Positions 39,641 to 53,089 of a stretch of DNA of 64,000 nt are shown here, one piece after another. The DNA comes from Owenia fusiformis (Eukaryota). The notes below the pieces were generated by a model. The model made no database searches and was not told the DNA's origin. It was given only the letters and a program-made list of their open reading frames with translations. The translations under genes were made by a program, and so were the position numbers. Position 1 is the first letter of the stretch; each line of letters opens with the position of its first letter. Location of the stretch: positions 40,610,001 to 40,674,000 of the forward strand of contig CAIIXF020000001.1 of NCBI GenBank assembly GCA_903813345.2, given 5' to 3'.

Positions 39641-42345
39641 AGGGATAATAACCTCAAGTAAAAACTATGATTCATCAGAATAATAAGTCTATAATCAAAA
39701 ACATGACCCGGGTATGAGCGACGATCTTCTTATGCATCGGCAGATATATTGGAATTAATTTTGAGGTATTGGATCTTCACCTGGATTATGGAGGTCGCCA
39801 TAACCTACCTATGAATATTCATGAGCGGCGTCACTGCGACTCGACAAATTCCAGCATTTTGATTGGCCCGAAAAATGCGCATGCGCAATTGTAGCGGGGC
39901 GGCCACATTGAAAAATATTACGAACTTCTTAACAAGAAAATGGAGCAATTTGAAGATTTTGACGATGTATTTGGCATATAATATGATATCACCTGTTCGA
40001 GAAAAACATGACCATGTTCACATCAATACTTACAATTCATAGAATTAACTCCCAAAGTGCCAATCAAAACCAAAAACTGACCAACTCGTGAACGTTGGTT
40101 ACCGACATGACAGGAAAATGCGTTAATTTTATGTTGACAATCAATTATCTCTCGATCGTTTTGCTTGAAGATTAAACATATTCGGATCTTTTATTTAATA
40201 AAATGACGAATGGCAGATATTAATTGGATTTTTGACACTCTGTTATAAATATAAGGCAGAACTGATAATGTATTCCCCGTTATGAATGATCGCGATCGAT
40301 GACGCAAGGTTCGTCATTTCGATCACCATGGAGGTGTATTTTTGTTGTATTTACAGTAGACAACAAACAATTTAAAGGCTCGTAGACCTAGTATGTTATA
40401 TTTATTTCACAAATATGGTATTAAGTTATAAAGCTATTAAAGACATACGATACGATACAATTCAAAAAGTTTTTTCAAAATGGCGTCGACCTAACCGGCA
40501 CATGGCCTGGTTCAGTTCTCTTTTTGGGACCGGATTGCTCGCCTTGAATCCGTTTTCTTTGGTTTCTTGTGAGAGAATATGTATGGTATGGCAACTGCCC
40601 GAACGACAGTGAGATTCCATTGTCGATAACGACAGTGTTATTTCTGTTGCCGATAGCAAACTGTCGTGGGTAAACCCGGAAGTAAAATTGTGCTCAATCT
40701 ACGCCGTTTGAGGAGAAAATCAGCTAAAACAACTTGCCCCGCGTGTCTAGTACCATTATCACTGTAGCGTCTATATAATCAATACTTACTTGAAATATCC
40801 TGACATCGAACTAAATAAATGGTAACTGGTCAACTCGTACCCAAGACAAGTCGTACCCAAGACAACTCGTACCCAAGACAACTCGTACCCAAGTATATAT
40901 TTTGGACTGGGCATGTGAATAGATATACATATTATAATTGTAACATACTGTTCAGAATAATTTAAAGTTTGAAGAAGAATTTTCGGAAGAAATTGATTTA
41001 ATTTTGTGACATTTTGAGCTGAGTGTCAATTTATATTGACTATTATTTTATATTGGTCACAGATTCAGGATGTTCGAGTGAAGAGACATATGTTTATTCC
41101 ACATATTCATAATCATTTTTAAAAATATTGTATGTTTATGAGTGTTTGGAACAAGTGTCAGATCAAATGTTGTAATTATATTTATTTGTATATATGTTTG
41201 ACAAAAAAATGTTGTGAACAAGCGCTTCAAGCACTTCTTTTATTTAATAAAAAAATGCTTTACTGATCCATTGAGAAAAATGTCGTCTAAATTCAAAATA
41301 ATATTGAGGCTTATTTGATTCACATTACAACCTGAAAGCATTACAAACTCAATTTTTTCCCCAATGTGCACCCATTATACTGAAAATAATCTTGGGTACG
41401 AGTTGTCTTGGGTACGAGTTGTCTTGGGTACGAGTTGTCTTGGGTACGAGTTGACTAGGAAGCAAATAAACCACTCTAACTTCAGTTGTTATTCATTTTT
41501 ATTCACCAATCTATTTTGAAGAGCTTTTGAAGAGCGATTTCAGCATTTGAGGCAATCTGCGCCAGTTCCTCTTGATTCGGAATCTAGTTCATGCGCATTA
41601 GAATGAATAATTTGATTGGCTTAATTCCAAAAACACATGCGCACTTGTAAATTATTTTAAACTACTAGGCATGCGTGAAGAGTTGAAGCAAAAACGAAAC
41701 TGCTGCAGATTACCCTACTTATTCGATGGCGGAATTAGAAAATTCTTTATTCAAAATGTTTTCCCGTATTGGGGAGAAAAAACACAACCCCAGGATAGAT
41801 ATAGGACGACAAACAAGACAATAATAAGTAGGAATCTTTGATTGTTAAAAGCCGTGCATGAAACTTTTCAGAAACTATAGTAAGTGACACTGTTTTAAAT
41901 GTGTTCTATTCCCCGGGGATTCGGTCCACGACAACGACAGCTGGTTTGAACTGTCGACAGATTTTAATTCTACCGTCACCAGCCGACTGTCGTACTGTCG
42001 TTCAGGCATTTCTTTTAAAGTCCTTATCCCAAGTCTAGCTCTATCAGTGGAAATATTTGAACAATTTACCGCACAACACATAGGCATTTTCCTTTGTTGT
42101 GAATGCTTTCAAGATGGCGACTCAGGTCGCAGAAATGTCACACTTCCGGTCTACATCCGGGTCTCTGAGGGAAATATGGCGAGCCCCGTCCAACAGACAA
42201 CTGGGTCACTGGGTCAATTTATGATTTTTATTTTCAATATTATACAAAAACTAACACATAACAAGATTTTCAACTTATTGCATTTTATTCAGTAGTATTG
42301 TAACTACATATAATGATGATTAGAATACCTGACATTATTTCCGCT
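39641..42345 (-). mobile_element. Putative Kolobok-derived element with THAP-like ORF start
   Basis: TTAA at 39637-39640 and 42346-42349, AG...CT ends with an 8/11 inverted match. ORF 41875..42087 begins MPMCCAVNCSN, a THAP-type N-terminus. Confidence 0.45.
40821..41463. mobile_element. MULE/Phantom-like MITE with tandem sub-terminal repeats
   Basis: Four copies of the 16-mer caactcgtacccaaga at the left end and four inverted copies at the right end; flanks aaataaat and aaataaac (7/8). Confidence 0.85.
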
Positions 42346-42954
42346 TTAACTTTATACTGGCAACTTTTTGGAAAAATGAAGAAAATAAAAAAGTTATTTG
42401 TAAAAGAATCTAGAAGCAAGAGAAGGAAGCAAGGTCTAATAAATTATAAAGACCCATATTTTATGGGGGGTTTTTCTTGAAAAAATTGAATATGCAAAAG
42501 AGTGTCATTGTGACATCATAATTCAAGATGGCGGATTTGGACTTTTTACAAAACAGAATTATTTTAGCATTTTTTGTTTAAAACTTCAATTTTAAAATCT
42601 GAGCAGAACTACTTGTATAGATCTTTAATGCTGATCATTCTGTGTTATTTGTACTATAACATAACTCCTATAAATACTTTTTAAAGCGCTTAGACAGAAA
42701 ATTCCAGGAAAATCCCCATGGCGATTTAACATGGTATTTTTGTTTTTGCAATTTTTTGCAATTCGTTACGCTTTGGACCCCCTGTATCTTCATTAATATT
42801 ATTCTCTGATCACAGTGCTTCAAAATTCAGAATATCTTTGCATTCTCTCCCCCTGCGATAAGCAGTTAGCATTTCGCCAATTAAGGATTAGGTGAACTAT
42901 GTGAACTAACTGTAAATTAAGTTTAAAATCTGACCAATCAGAATGTGCTCTTGA

Positions 42955-43262
42955 TGTAAATTGGATGTATACTAAAGTGTAAACTGAGTGTAAACTTAGG
43001 TGTAAATTAGCTCATTTGCATGTGAAATTGGTCACCTATTTACTGGGTGTAAAGTAAGTGTAAACTGAGTGTAAACTTAAGTGAAAACTAAGTGCGAACT
43101 GGATGTAAAGTAGATGTAAACTTAAGTGTAAAGTGGGTGTATACTAAGGTGTAAACTGAGTGTAAATTAAAGTGTAAATTAGCTCATTTGCATATGAAAT
43201 TGGTCACCTATTTACTGGGTGTAAAGTAAGTATAAACTGAGTGTAAATTGTAGGTGTAAAGC
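42955..43262. repeat. GTGTAAA(C/T) motif array in two copies of about 172 bp
   Basis: Blocks starting at about 42962 and 43134 are near-identical. The same motifs occur inverted at 38768-38810 and direct at 39120-39240. Confidence 0.8.
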
Positions 43263-46200
43263 CTTTGTAAATTTTGATATGGGATGCTTCCCATTTATGG
43301 TAATATTTCAAAAAGTATTAGACAAATGTATATGTTATGTTTTAGTATTATTTTGATTAAAAATAAATTTTCAATAGGATTAAAGCATAAAATATATTCA
43401 ATCTCATGTAAAAGTAAACAAAAAAGACAAATTAGAATAAGAGGTATCAAGATGTTCTCTTTGAGTATTGCATTGTGGGTAATTATTCAAGAACACATCC
43501 CAATAAAAACATAATTTGTGGGAGAATGTTCACTTTCTGTATTGTCATAATTATGATGAATTCCATTTTTCATTAAATTATCAACATATAGATAATCATG
43601 TTTTTATTTTTGAGTTATTTCTCTTAATCATCCATAAAAAGTACAAAATAAGATTTTCTTGGAATGTGTACATTCTCCAATTTTGAAAACACAAAGGCAG
43701 TGCTTATGGATGAAATATTGGAAGTTGCCTACCCTTCTAGTTGAAAGCCCATGGATAAATTAATCATGGATTAAAATTAAACTGGCTGGGCTCGTGATGA
43801 AATATTGCATGATTTTGTCAGGATTTCGTCTAAAATTAAAACAAACGGCTCTAAGAAAAATGGCGATATTCGAAAACTGGACGAAATGTCATTATTGTCT
43901 GACATTAGTAACTGGCTGTAAATTCTAAGTTAACGATCCAGAAGATGTGAACTAATATATTGATCACTTCATGTGTGTTTTGGAATTTTTGGTGAGGTAA
44001 TAAGACCAAAACTTGCAATTCAAATTGTGATGTGGAAAAATGGCGAACATTTGATTTCAAATTTTATGATGCAGGGATTTATCTTTGGACGAAGGCCACA
44101 ATATAGTGGCCTTAGAAGAAGGTAAACTTTTACGACATCAAAGATTATTGAGTTGTTCCGATAGGCGTAGTTCAAGTTGCATCATTTTTGTAAAATTCAA
44201 TTTTTTGGATCGCTTAGCCACGATCATACTCCCCCCCCCAAACCTCTATACCGTCTGTTCTAACCAAACCCGTCTGGCCCACTTATCTACTCCTGACGTC
44301 GTAGATCTGGGCCAGACAAGGTCCAATGCTAAAAAGGGGGATTTACTCCAGAAAAAACATGTCGCTGAATCATCACTTATTATTCATTCCCTATTAGCCA
44401 TCCAACCAAAACATTGGGTACCATGTAAACCCAAGTCTTTATTTGAAATAAAGAGAACATAACTTACGCGTTAATGTGGTGTTTTGTTTGTTATATTGAT
44501 GTTGAAATGGGCACAACATTTCGTCAATATTTCGTCAGTTCTCTGCACTGAATAAAGTCACGTGATGTGATGTAACACGAGTGTGACGCGATAATTTTTA
44601 AACTTTCATGGAACGAAAATACATTTCCCGGGAATCAATACATTCCAAATATTACGATTTGTTATCAAAACGTAGATTACTTTATAAAACAGACATGTCT
44701 GTGTTGTATTTAAACTGGAAAGAAAAATGGTGGACATTAAATACGATTTTTCAATTTGTTGAACTGACGGAATGTAGTACTGAACGAAATAAGCAGCCGA
44801 GACTTCTCGATATTCTACGAGATCACGAACAGATTGCAGAAGAATTTTTCTTTTTGCTGCGTTTAGAGGTTTCGTTCTTATTTATTAGCCGTCATCCAGC
44901 GATGGAAACCTAATATGTAAATACAAAGTTTGATACAAGGAACAAACACGTATGTCAAAGCCCAAGTATACTTGGCTACCCATCTATTCTGACTCTTGCC
45001 GAAGTATACTGACCTGACCTAAGTATTCTTAGTTTACTTATTTCTTCGAATACACTCGATAGATGTCCACGTTAGTTTTTTAATCATTTTGTAGTTGGAT
45101 TTATTTTATTAAAAAGGTGGCTCTTGTTATTCTGGTAGAGTTTTATATTTTTACTTCATTGATGTTATAAGTTACGTTACGTTACGTCATATTACGGCTT
45201 CATCACTGGTTGTTATTTCTACTTTTATATAAGTAATTTCAGGTTCCGACTTCCATATGTTTTTATAAAAGGCAGTTTCCTATCATATAAGGGTCACTAT
45301 GAATAAAATATCTTATTAATCGTGGATATTGGATTGTTACAATAACATTTTGGTAGGTGGGAGATGTTGTTCTTTGTGCGTTAACCAGAATTATGCTGGG
45401 GATTCTTTTTCTTTTCTATGACTGATTCAATCAATGCTAGAACTAAATCACCAATAAATTGATAAAGCTATCTCGTAATGTGAGTCATGCAATTAAGGCA
45501 CAATACAAGTTAATAGTTTCAATGATATTTTCTTTATTACATATAACCTTACATGTAACATATGGACATAATATTTACATTTTCTAGATTATACAATCAG
45601 TATTGTAGATCATACGTGCTGCTTTTATTTCCATAATGATAGGGAAAACCTTTGGTGCTCCTATTAATATCAACATGTTATCTTTAAAGTATACAATACG
45701 TGTATATTTATTATTTAATAAATTTCAAATATACACACCCTATGGATTTAAAGTAGCACAATTTATTCAGAATATGTAGCATTTTTACCGTCTGATTATT
45801 TATCTCATAGTATTTTCAATAGGCGATTATTTCCTATTCTACATACACAAGAAAAAAGAGTGAGTCTAATTCTTTAAATAATGTCAGGAATTAAAAAAAA
45901 TCAGAAATACAGATACTGACCCTTTAAGTATAAAATACAATGATAATAAAATAGGCGAGTATACTGTGTATCACTTAATCACTTTTATTACAATATATCA
46001 TACATGGTTACAAAATATCTTATAATATACAGGGTGGGCCAAAAACACCCCTAGTCAATATTATTTTTTAACAGAAACACCAACCAACAATGATATATCA
46101 TTTTAAAGATTTAATTTAATTCGCAATAAAATGATATATAACAGAATAATTTTCAACAACCCTGAATTGCAACTGAATTGCCAAATGAATAGGCGCAGTG

Positions 46201-46796
46201 CATGGCAAAATATGTTAAGCCATCTAGTATTTTTTTAACTGATACCCTTCTAAGATATGAGATCTATTAAAAAAGGCGCATCATCAACAACGTGCAAGAG
46301 TCAATGTTTTTCCTATAAATCGGGCAACAATGGTCTACACGACCTGTAATAAATAGGTATAAGGGACGTTATTATCACAATACTAATGACATTGCTCACT
46401 TTTTAAAGTTAATTTCCATGCGTTATACAAAAAATAATCGAATTAAATTAATATTGGATGGAGGGGGGATAGGATGGAGGGGGGATAACGTTTATATAAG
46501 ACATGATAAGACATGCTACTTGAATTTATTCTTATGACTCCAAATTTTCCCATTTTTCATTCTCCAGAGATACAATATCCAGTTCCTTACTGGGGTACTG
46601 AGTTTAGTTTTTTTCAACTACACGAGTTCTTGTGAATTTGTTCCATCGTAAAGACATATAAATCTAGCGTCCTGAAACGTTTTAGCTAATATTATTAGCC
46701 GAGAGCTCTTTAGAAAATCTGGATTTACATTACATTCGTAAAACGTGTTAACGCTAAAACGTTTTAGCCAAGACGTCTTAGGGATCTAGTGTAAAT

Positions 46797-46981
46797 TCAA
46801 CAACTATGATGCTTCAGTTGGTTAACCAATGCATTGAACAGGCAATTACCATCACCATCATTTTCTATAACTCTAAGGCCGTGATTTGCTGCTGTCTCCG
46901 CCATTGTCTGCTCTTTGTCATTTCCACTAATCATAGATTCCAACAATGCGCGTTGCAGCGCATAAAAGTTGAGCAAATCCT
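46797..46981 (-). pseudogene. OTU-like cysteine protease exon fragment
   Basis: Pyrimidine-rich acceptor ttattattcag| then ...AANHGLRVIENDGDGNCLFNALVNQLKHHSC*. DGNCLFxA is the OTU catalytic Cys motif; the frame stops soon after. Confidence 0.75.
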
Positions 46982-47366
46982 CTGAATAATAAAAAATAAA
47001 ATTCTTCGCATTAACAACAGGTTTTTGCAAAAACGGGAACATTAGTGAATCTCATATAAAAAAATGTGGCGCACTATGACAACACAATCGTTAAAAAGAC
47101 ATAGTATGAGGACAAAATGCTGAAAATTAAGTTTCTAGTTTCAAGTTACTTCCAAAATTTGGTTGAGTTGAACAGTGTACAGTGGATGAGAAACTATCGT
47201 TTATTACATTTGCACTTTCTGTACCTTGCATTTGACTTCTCATTCTCCGACAAGTTCTCAACACCTCCTTCCTGTTGCAGCCCTAACCTTAATCACAAAG
47301 TATAAGAAGGCATGTATAGTTATATCAAAGATTACATCAGCAAAGAATAGTAATAGTATAAGTAGT

Positions 47367-50300
47367 AAGTGTTCCGACTTTAACAACTGATTGAAGCAAG
47401 TGTTTCAACTTTTACATCTGATTGACCAAAGTGTTCCGACTTTTACAACTAATTGAAGAAAGTGTTCCTACTTTTACAATTGATTGACCAAAGTGTTCCG
47501 ACTTTTAAATCTGATTGACCAAAGTGTTCCGACTTTTACAACTAATTGAAGAAAGTGTTCCTACTTTTACAATTGATTGACCAAAGTGTTCCGACTTTTA
47601 AATCTGATTGACCAAAGTGTTCCGACTTTAACAACTAATTGAAGAAAGTGTTCCGATTTTTACAACTAATTGAAGAAAGTGTTCCGATTTTTACAACTAA
47701 TTGAAGAAAGTGTTCCTACGTTTACATCTGATTGACCAAAGTGTTCCATCTTTTACATCTGATTGACCAAAGTGTTCCGACTTTTACAATTAATTGAAGA
47801 AAGTGTTCCGACTTTTACAACTAATTGAAGAAAGTGTTCCTATGTTTACATCTGATTGACCAAAGTGTTCCGACTTTTACAACTAATTGAAGAAAGTGTT
47901 CCTACTTTTACAATTGATTGACCAAAGTGTTCCGACTTTTAAATCTGATTGACCAAAGTGTTCCGACTTTAACAACTAATTGAAGAAAGTGTTCCGATTT
48001 TTACAACTAATTGAAGAAAGTGTTCCTATGTTTACATCTGATTGACCAAAGTGTTCCGACTTTTACATCTGATTGACCATAGTGTTCCATCTTTTACATC
48101 TGATTGACCAAAGTATTCCGACTTTTACAACTAATTGAAGAAAGTGTTCCTTCTTTTACAATTGATTGACCAAAGTGTTCCGACTTTTAAATCTGATTGA
48201 CCAAAGTGTTCCGACTTTTACAACTAATTGAAGAAAGTGTTTACGTTTACAATTGATTGATCAAAGTGTTCCCACTTTTACATCTGATTGATCAAAGTAA
48301 TCAAACTTTTATAACTGATTGACCAAAGTGTTCCGACTTTAACATCTGATTGAAGCAAGTGTTCCGACTTTTCCATCTGATTGACCAAAGTGTTACAATT
48401 AACTGATTGAAGAAAGTTTTCCAACTTCTAAAATTGATTGTCCAAAGTGTTCCGACTTTTACATCTGATTGACCAAAGTGTTCCGACTTTTACAACTTAT
48501 CGAAGAAAGTGTTCCTACTTTTACAATTGATTGACCAAAGTGCTCCGACTTTTCCATCTGATTGACCAAAGGGTTCCAACTTTAGCATCTGATTGACCAA
48601 AGTGTTCCAACTTTTACATCTAATTGACCAAAGTGTTCCGACTTTAACATCTGATTGACCAAAGTGCAACTGATTGAAGAAAGTGTACCTACTTTCACAA
48701 TTGATTGACCAAAGTGTTCCGACTTTCAAATCTGATTGATCAAAGTAATCAAACTTTTACAAATGATTGACCAAAGTGTTCCGACTTTAACATATGATTG
48801 AAGCAAGTGTTCCGACTTTTCCATCTGATTGACCAAAGTGTTACAATTAACTGATTGAAGAAAGTTTTCCAACTTCTAAAATTGATTGTCCAAAGTGTTC
48901 CGACTTTTACATCTGATTGACCAAAGTGTTCCGACTTTTACAACTTATTGAAGAAAGTGTTCCTACTTTTACAATTGATTGACCAAAGTGCTCCGACTTT
49001 TCCATCTGATTAACCAAAGGGTTCCGACTTTAGCATCTGATTGACCATAGTGTTCCGACTTGTAATATTGATTGACTAAAGTGTTCCAACTTTTACATCT
49101 AATTGACCAAAGTGTTCCGACTTTAACATCTGATTGACCAAAGTGCAACTGATTGAAGAAAGTGTACCTACTTTCACAATTGATTGACCAAAGTGTTCCG
49201 ACTTTCAAATCTGATTGATCAAAGTAATCCTACTTTTACAAATGATTGACCAAAGTGTTCCGACTTTGAAATCTGATTGACCAAATGTTTAGAACACTTC
49301 GACTTTGAAATCTGATTGACCAAATGTTTAGAACACTTTGGCCAATTAAAGTATAAATACTTTGGTCAATCAATTGTAGAAGTAGGAACACTTTGGTCAA
49401 TCAGATGTCAAAGTCAGAACACTTTGGTCAATCAGATGTAAAAGTCAGAACGCTTTGGTCAATCCGTTATAGAAGTCGGAACCCTTTGGTCAATCAGTGA
49501 TAAAAGTTTGAATTCTTTGGTCAATCAGTTGTAAATGTCGGAACACTTTCATCAATCAGCTGAAGAAGTCAGAATACTTTGGTCAATCAGTTTTTTAAGT
49601 CTGAACATTTTGCTCAATCAGCTGTAGAAGTTGGAGCACTTTGGTCAATCAGTTACTAGAAGTCTAAACACTTTGGGCAATTAGCTTTTAAAGTCGGAAC
49701 ATTTTGGTCAATTTGTGATAAAAGTTGGAATTCTTTGGTCAATCAGTTATAAATGTCAGAACACTTTGGTCAATCAGCTGGAAAAGTCGGAACACTTTGG
49801 TCAATCAGTTGTAGAAGTCTAAAGGCTTTGGTCAATCAGATGTAAAAGTCGGAACACTTTGGTCAATCAGCTGTAGAAGTTTGAACACTTCAATCAATTA
49901 GAACACTTTTGTCAATCAGCTGTAAAAGCCAGAACACTTTGGTCAATCAGTTGTAGAAGTCTTAACACTTTGGTCAATTAGCTTTAAAAGTCTGAACACT
50001 TTGGTCAATCAGTGATAAAAGTTGAAATTCTTTGCCAATCAGTTGTAAATGTCGGAACACTTCCGTCAATCAGCTGAAGAAGTCAGAACTTTTTGGTCAA
50101 TCAGTTTTTTAAGTCTGAACATTTTGCTCAATCAGCTGTAGAAGTCGATACACTTTGGTCAATCAGTTGTAGAAGTCTAAACACTTTGGTCAATTAGCTT
50201 TTAAAGTCGGAACATTTTGGTCAATCAGTGATAAAAGTTGGAATTCTTTGGTCAATCAGTTATAAATGTCAGAACACTTTGGTCAATCAGCTGGAAAAGT

Positions 50301-51655
50301 CGGAACACTTTGGTCAATCAGTTGTAGAAGTCTAAACACTTTGGTCAATCAGATGTAAAAGTCGGAACACTTCGGTCAATCAGCTGTAGAAGTGGGAACA
50401 CTTCAATCAATTAGAACACTTTTGTCAATCAGCTGTACAAGTCGGAACACTTTGGTCAATCAGTTGTAGAAGTCTTAACACTTTGGTCAATTAGCTTTAA
50501 AAGTCTAAACACTTTGGTCAATCAGATGTAAAAGTCGGAACACTTTGGTCAATCAGCTGTAGAAGTTTGAACACTTCAATCAATTAGAACACTTTTGTCA
50601 ATCAGCTGTACAAGTCGGAACACTTTGGTCAATCAGCTGTAGAAGTTTGAACACTTCAATCAATTAGAACACTTTTGTTAATCAGCTGTACAAGTCGGAA
50701 CACTTTGGTCAATCAGTTGTAGAAGTCTTAACACTTTAGTCAATTAGCTTTAAAAGTCTAAACACTTTGGTCAATCAGATGTAAAAGTCGGAACACTTTG
50801 GTCAATCAGCTGTAGAAGTTTGAACACTTCAATCACTCAGAACACTTTTGTCAATCAGCTGTACAAGTCGGAACACTTTGGTCAGTTGTAGAAGTCTTAA
50901 CACTTTGGTCAATTAGCTTTAAAAGTCAGAACACTTTGGTCAATCAGTGATAAAAGTTGGAATTCTTTGCCAATCAGTTGTAAATGTTGGAACACTTCCG
51001 TCAATCAGCTGAAGAAGTCAGAACACTTTGGATAAATCAGTTTTTGAAGTCAGAACATTTTGGTCAGTCAGTTGTAGAAGTCTAAGCACTTTAGTCAATC
51101 AGCTATAAAAGTCGGAACACTTTGGTCAAGCCTGTGTTGAAGTTTGAACATTTCGGTCAATTAGAACACTTTGGTCAATCAGTTGTAGAAATCTGAACAC
51201 TTTGGTCAATCAGTTGTAAAAATCGGAACACTTTGGTCAATCAGCTGTAGAAGTGGAAACACTTCGGTCAATCAGCTGTTAAAGTCGGAACACTTTGGTC
51301 AATCAGTTGTAGAAGTCTAAACATTTTGCTCAATCAGCTGTAGAAGTCGAAACACTTTGGTCAATCAGCTGGAAAAGTTGGAACACATTGGTCAATCAGT
51401 TGTAGAAGTCTGAACACTTTGGTCAATTAGTTGTAAAAATCGGAACACTTTGGTCAATCAGCTGTAGAAGTGGAAACACTTTGGTCAATCAGCTGTTAAA
51501 GTCGGAACATTTTGGTCAATCAGTTGTAGAAGTCTAAACATTTTGCTCAATCAGCTGTAGAAGTCGAAACACTTTGGTCAATCAGCTGGAAAAGTTGGAA
51601 CACTTTCAATCAGTTGTAGAAGTCTTAGAGCACTCAGTTTGGTCAATTAGTTTTA
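47367..51655. repeat. 31-bp satellite in two inverted arrays, junction about 49330-49360
   Basis: Left unit attgaccaaagtgttccgacttttacatctg; right array is the reverse complement. A 479-bp higher-order duplication is shown by the twin ORFs 48490..48729 and 48969..49208. Confidence 0.97.
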
Positions 51656-52240
51656 GAATCATTGAAAAATGGGACATTTTATTCAGTCATGGTAGTTATG
51701 TACTAAATGCGAATACATCTTTGGGATTATTGTTGTTGTTGGTGCTATGCTTTTTGAAACCCGTGGAAAGTCAGGTTCTTTTAGCCTCGATTACTCAACT
51801 ACTACAAAAATTCTAGCAATGTTATATTTATCAAGTCGCATCCTCAGGCTTGGATGAGATATAATTAAACAATGACAATACAATCATTAAAATGTTTGAT
51901 TTTAAATGTTTTTCATTTAGTATTTGCTTTATTATTTCAAAACTACTCACTGAAAGATATTTCTGTTCCTCGTATTGTAGTTTGTGACTTTGCACAATCG
52001 GCCTCCTCGGTCTTGCTTTGCAGAACAGCTTGTACATATTACACATGACCTTAGAGTTTGTGTCTCAGGTTTCCAGTTACAAAAAATCTTGATGTATTAA
52101 ACAGATAAAAACATGTTTTCAACTAGTATGCTTTAGAAGTGTTAAATGTACTACATTATAGCATTACTTCTAATCTCGGCATGTTTGTATTCATAGACTA
52201 ATTAAGAGACTTGTAACATAGATACAGATGAGTTCATCTG

Positions 52241-53089
52241 CACCCTATGCAGACAGAGCCTGTAGGAAATATTGGGTGCGGCGCAAATGAGCGGAGGGTG
52301 CGGAGCTAACGGTCATTTTTGAATTTAAAATTGGGATATTTCTGAAACTAAGCCGTTTTGGGACTTCAAATATACCAAGATATGTGTATTTGACACCAAA
52401 TATCAATAAAATTGTGAAAATAGTATTGCAATTCATTTTATAGCGACGCAGTATGCCTTAAACATTTCCCAGACCTATATATTTTGAGACTATCCTTTTA
52501 ATACTGCGTCCCCAGCATTCATAAAAAATGGTGTTCAAGATACACTACCCATGCAAATTATTTTTGCATCTTGGAAGCCAGGCAGTATCTGTGTGATTTT
52601 ATAAAAATTCGGAAATGTTCTTCAGATATGAGCCCCCTTAAATATTGGGTGCGGAGCTACGTTTATGGAGCTGCTCCGCACCCAATATTTAGAGGGGGCT
52701 CATATCTGAAAAAATTTCCGAATTTTTATAAAATCACACAGATACTGCCTGGCTTCCAAGATGCAAAAATAATTTGTATAGATAGTGCACCTTGTACACC
52801 ATTTTTTATGAATGCTGGGGACTCAGTATTAAAAGGATAATTTCAAAATATATAGGTCTGGGAAAGGTTTAAGGCACACTGCGTCGCTATAGAATGAATT
52901 GCGCTACTATTTTCACAATTGTATTGATATTTGGTGTCAAATACACATATCTTGGTATATTTGAAGTCCCAAAACGGCTTAGTTTCAGAAATATCCCAAA
53001 TTTAAATTAAAAAATAACCGTTAGCTCCGCACCCTCCGCTCATTTGCTCCGCACCCAATATTTCCCACAGGCTCTGTCTGCATAGGGTG
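52241..53089. mobile_element. About 850-bp near-perfect palindrome (foldback MITE)
   Basis: caccctatgcagacagagcctgt... / ...acaggctctgtctgcatagggtg, arms about 415 bp, centre about 52660-52672; no clear TSD. Confidence 0.9.

Noticed and set aside
40034..40110. Minus-strand segment ending in GTAAGT as an alternative first coding exon
   Set aside because: Its ATG frame stops early, and the open frame would form TAG on joining exon 2. At most a UTR exon.
44085..44913. ORFs of 125 and 101 aa at the left end of the nested element
   Set aside because: No recognisable transposase motif, and the first runs across the TSD/TIR boundary.
47367..51655. CRISPR-like appearance of the 31-bp array (also the 34-bp and 43-bp arrays)
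   Set aside because: Units are contiguous with no unique spacers, there are no cas genes, and the context is eukaryotic with spliced genes.
51950..52078. Possible internal exon of the OTU-bearing element ending tca|gtgagt
   Set aside because: The acceptor reads tttgtaa rather than AG and the phase-0 frame has a TGA, so it cannot be supported without an intact copy.
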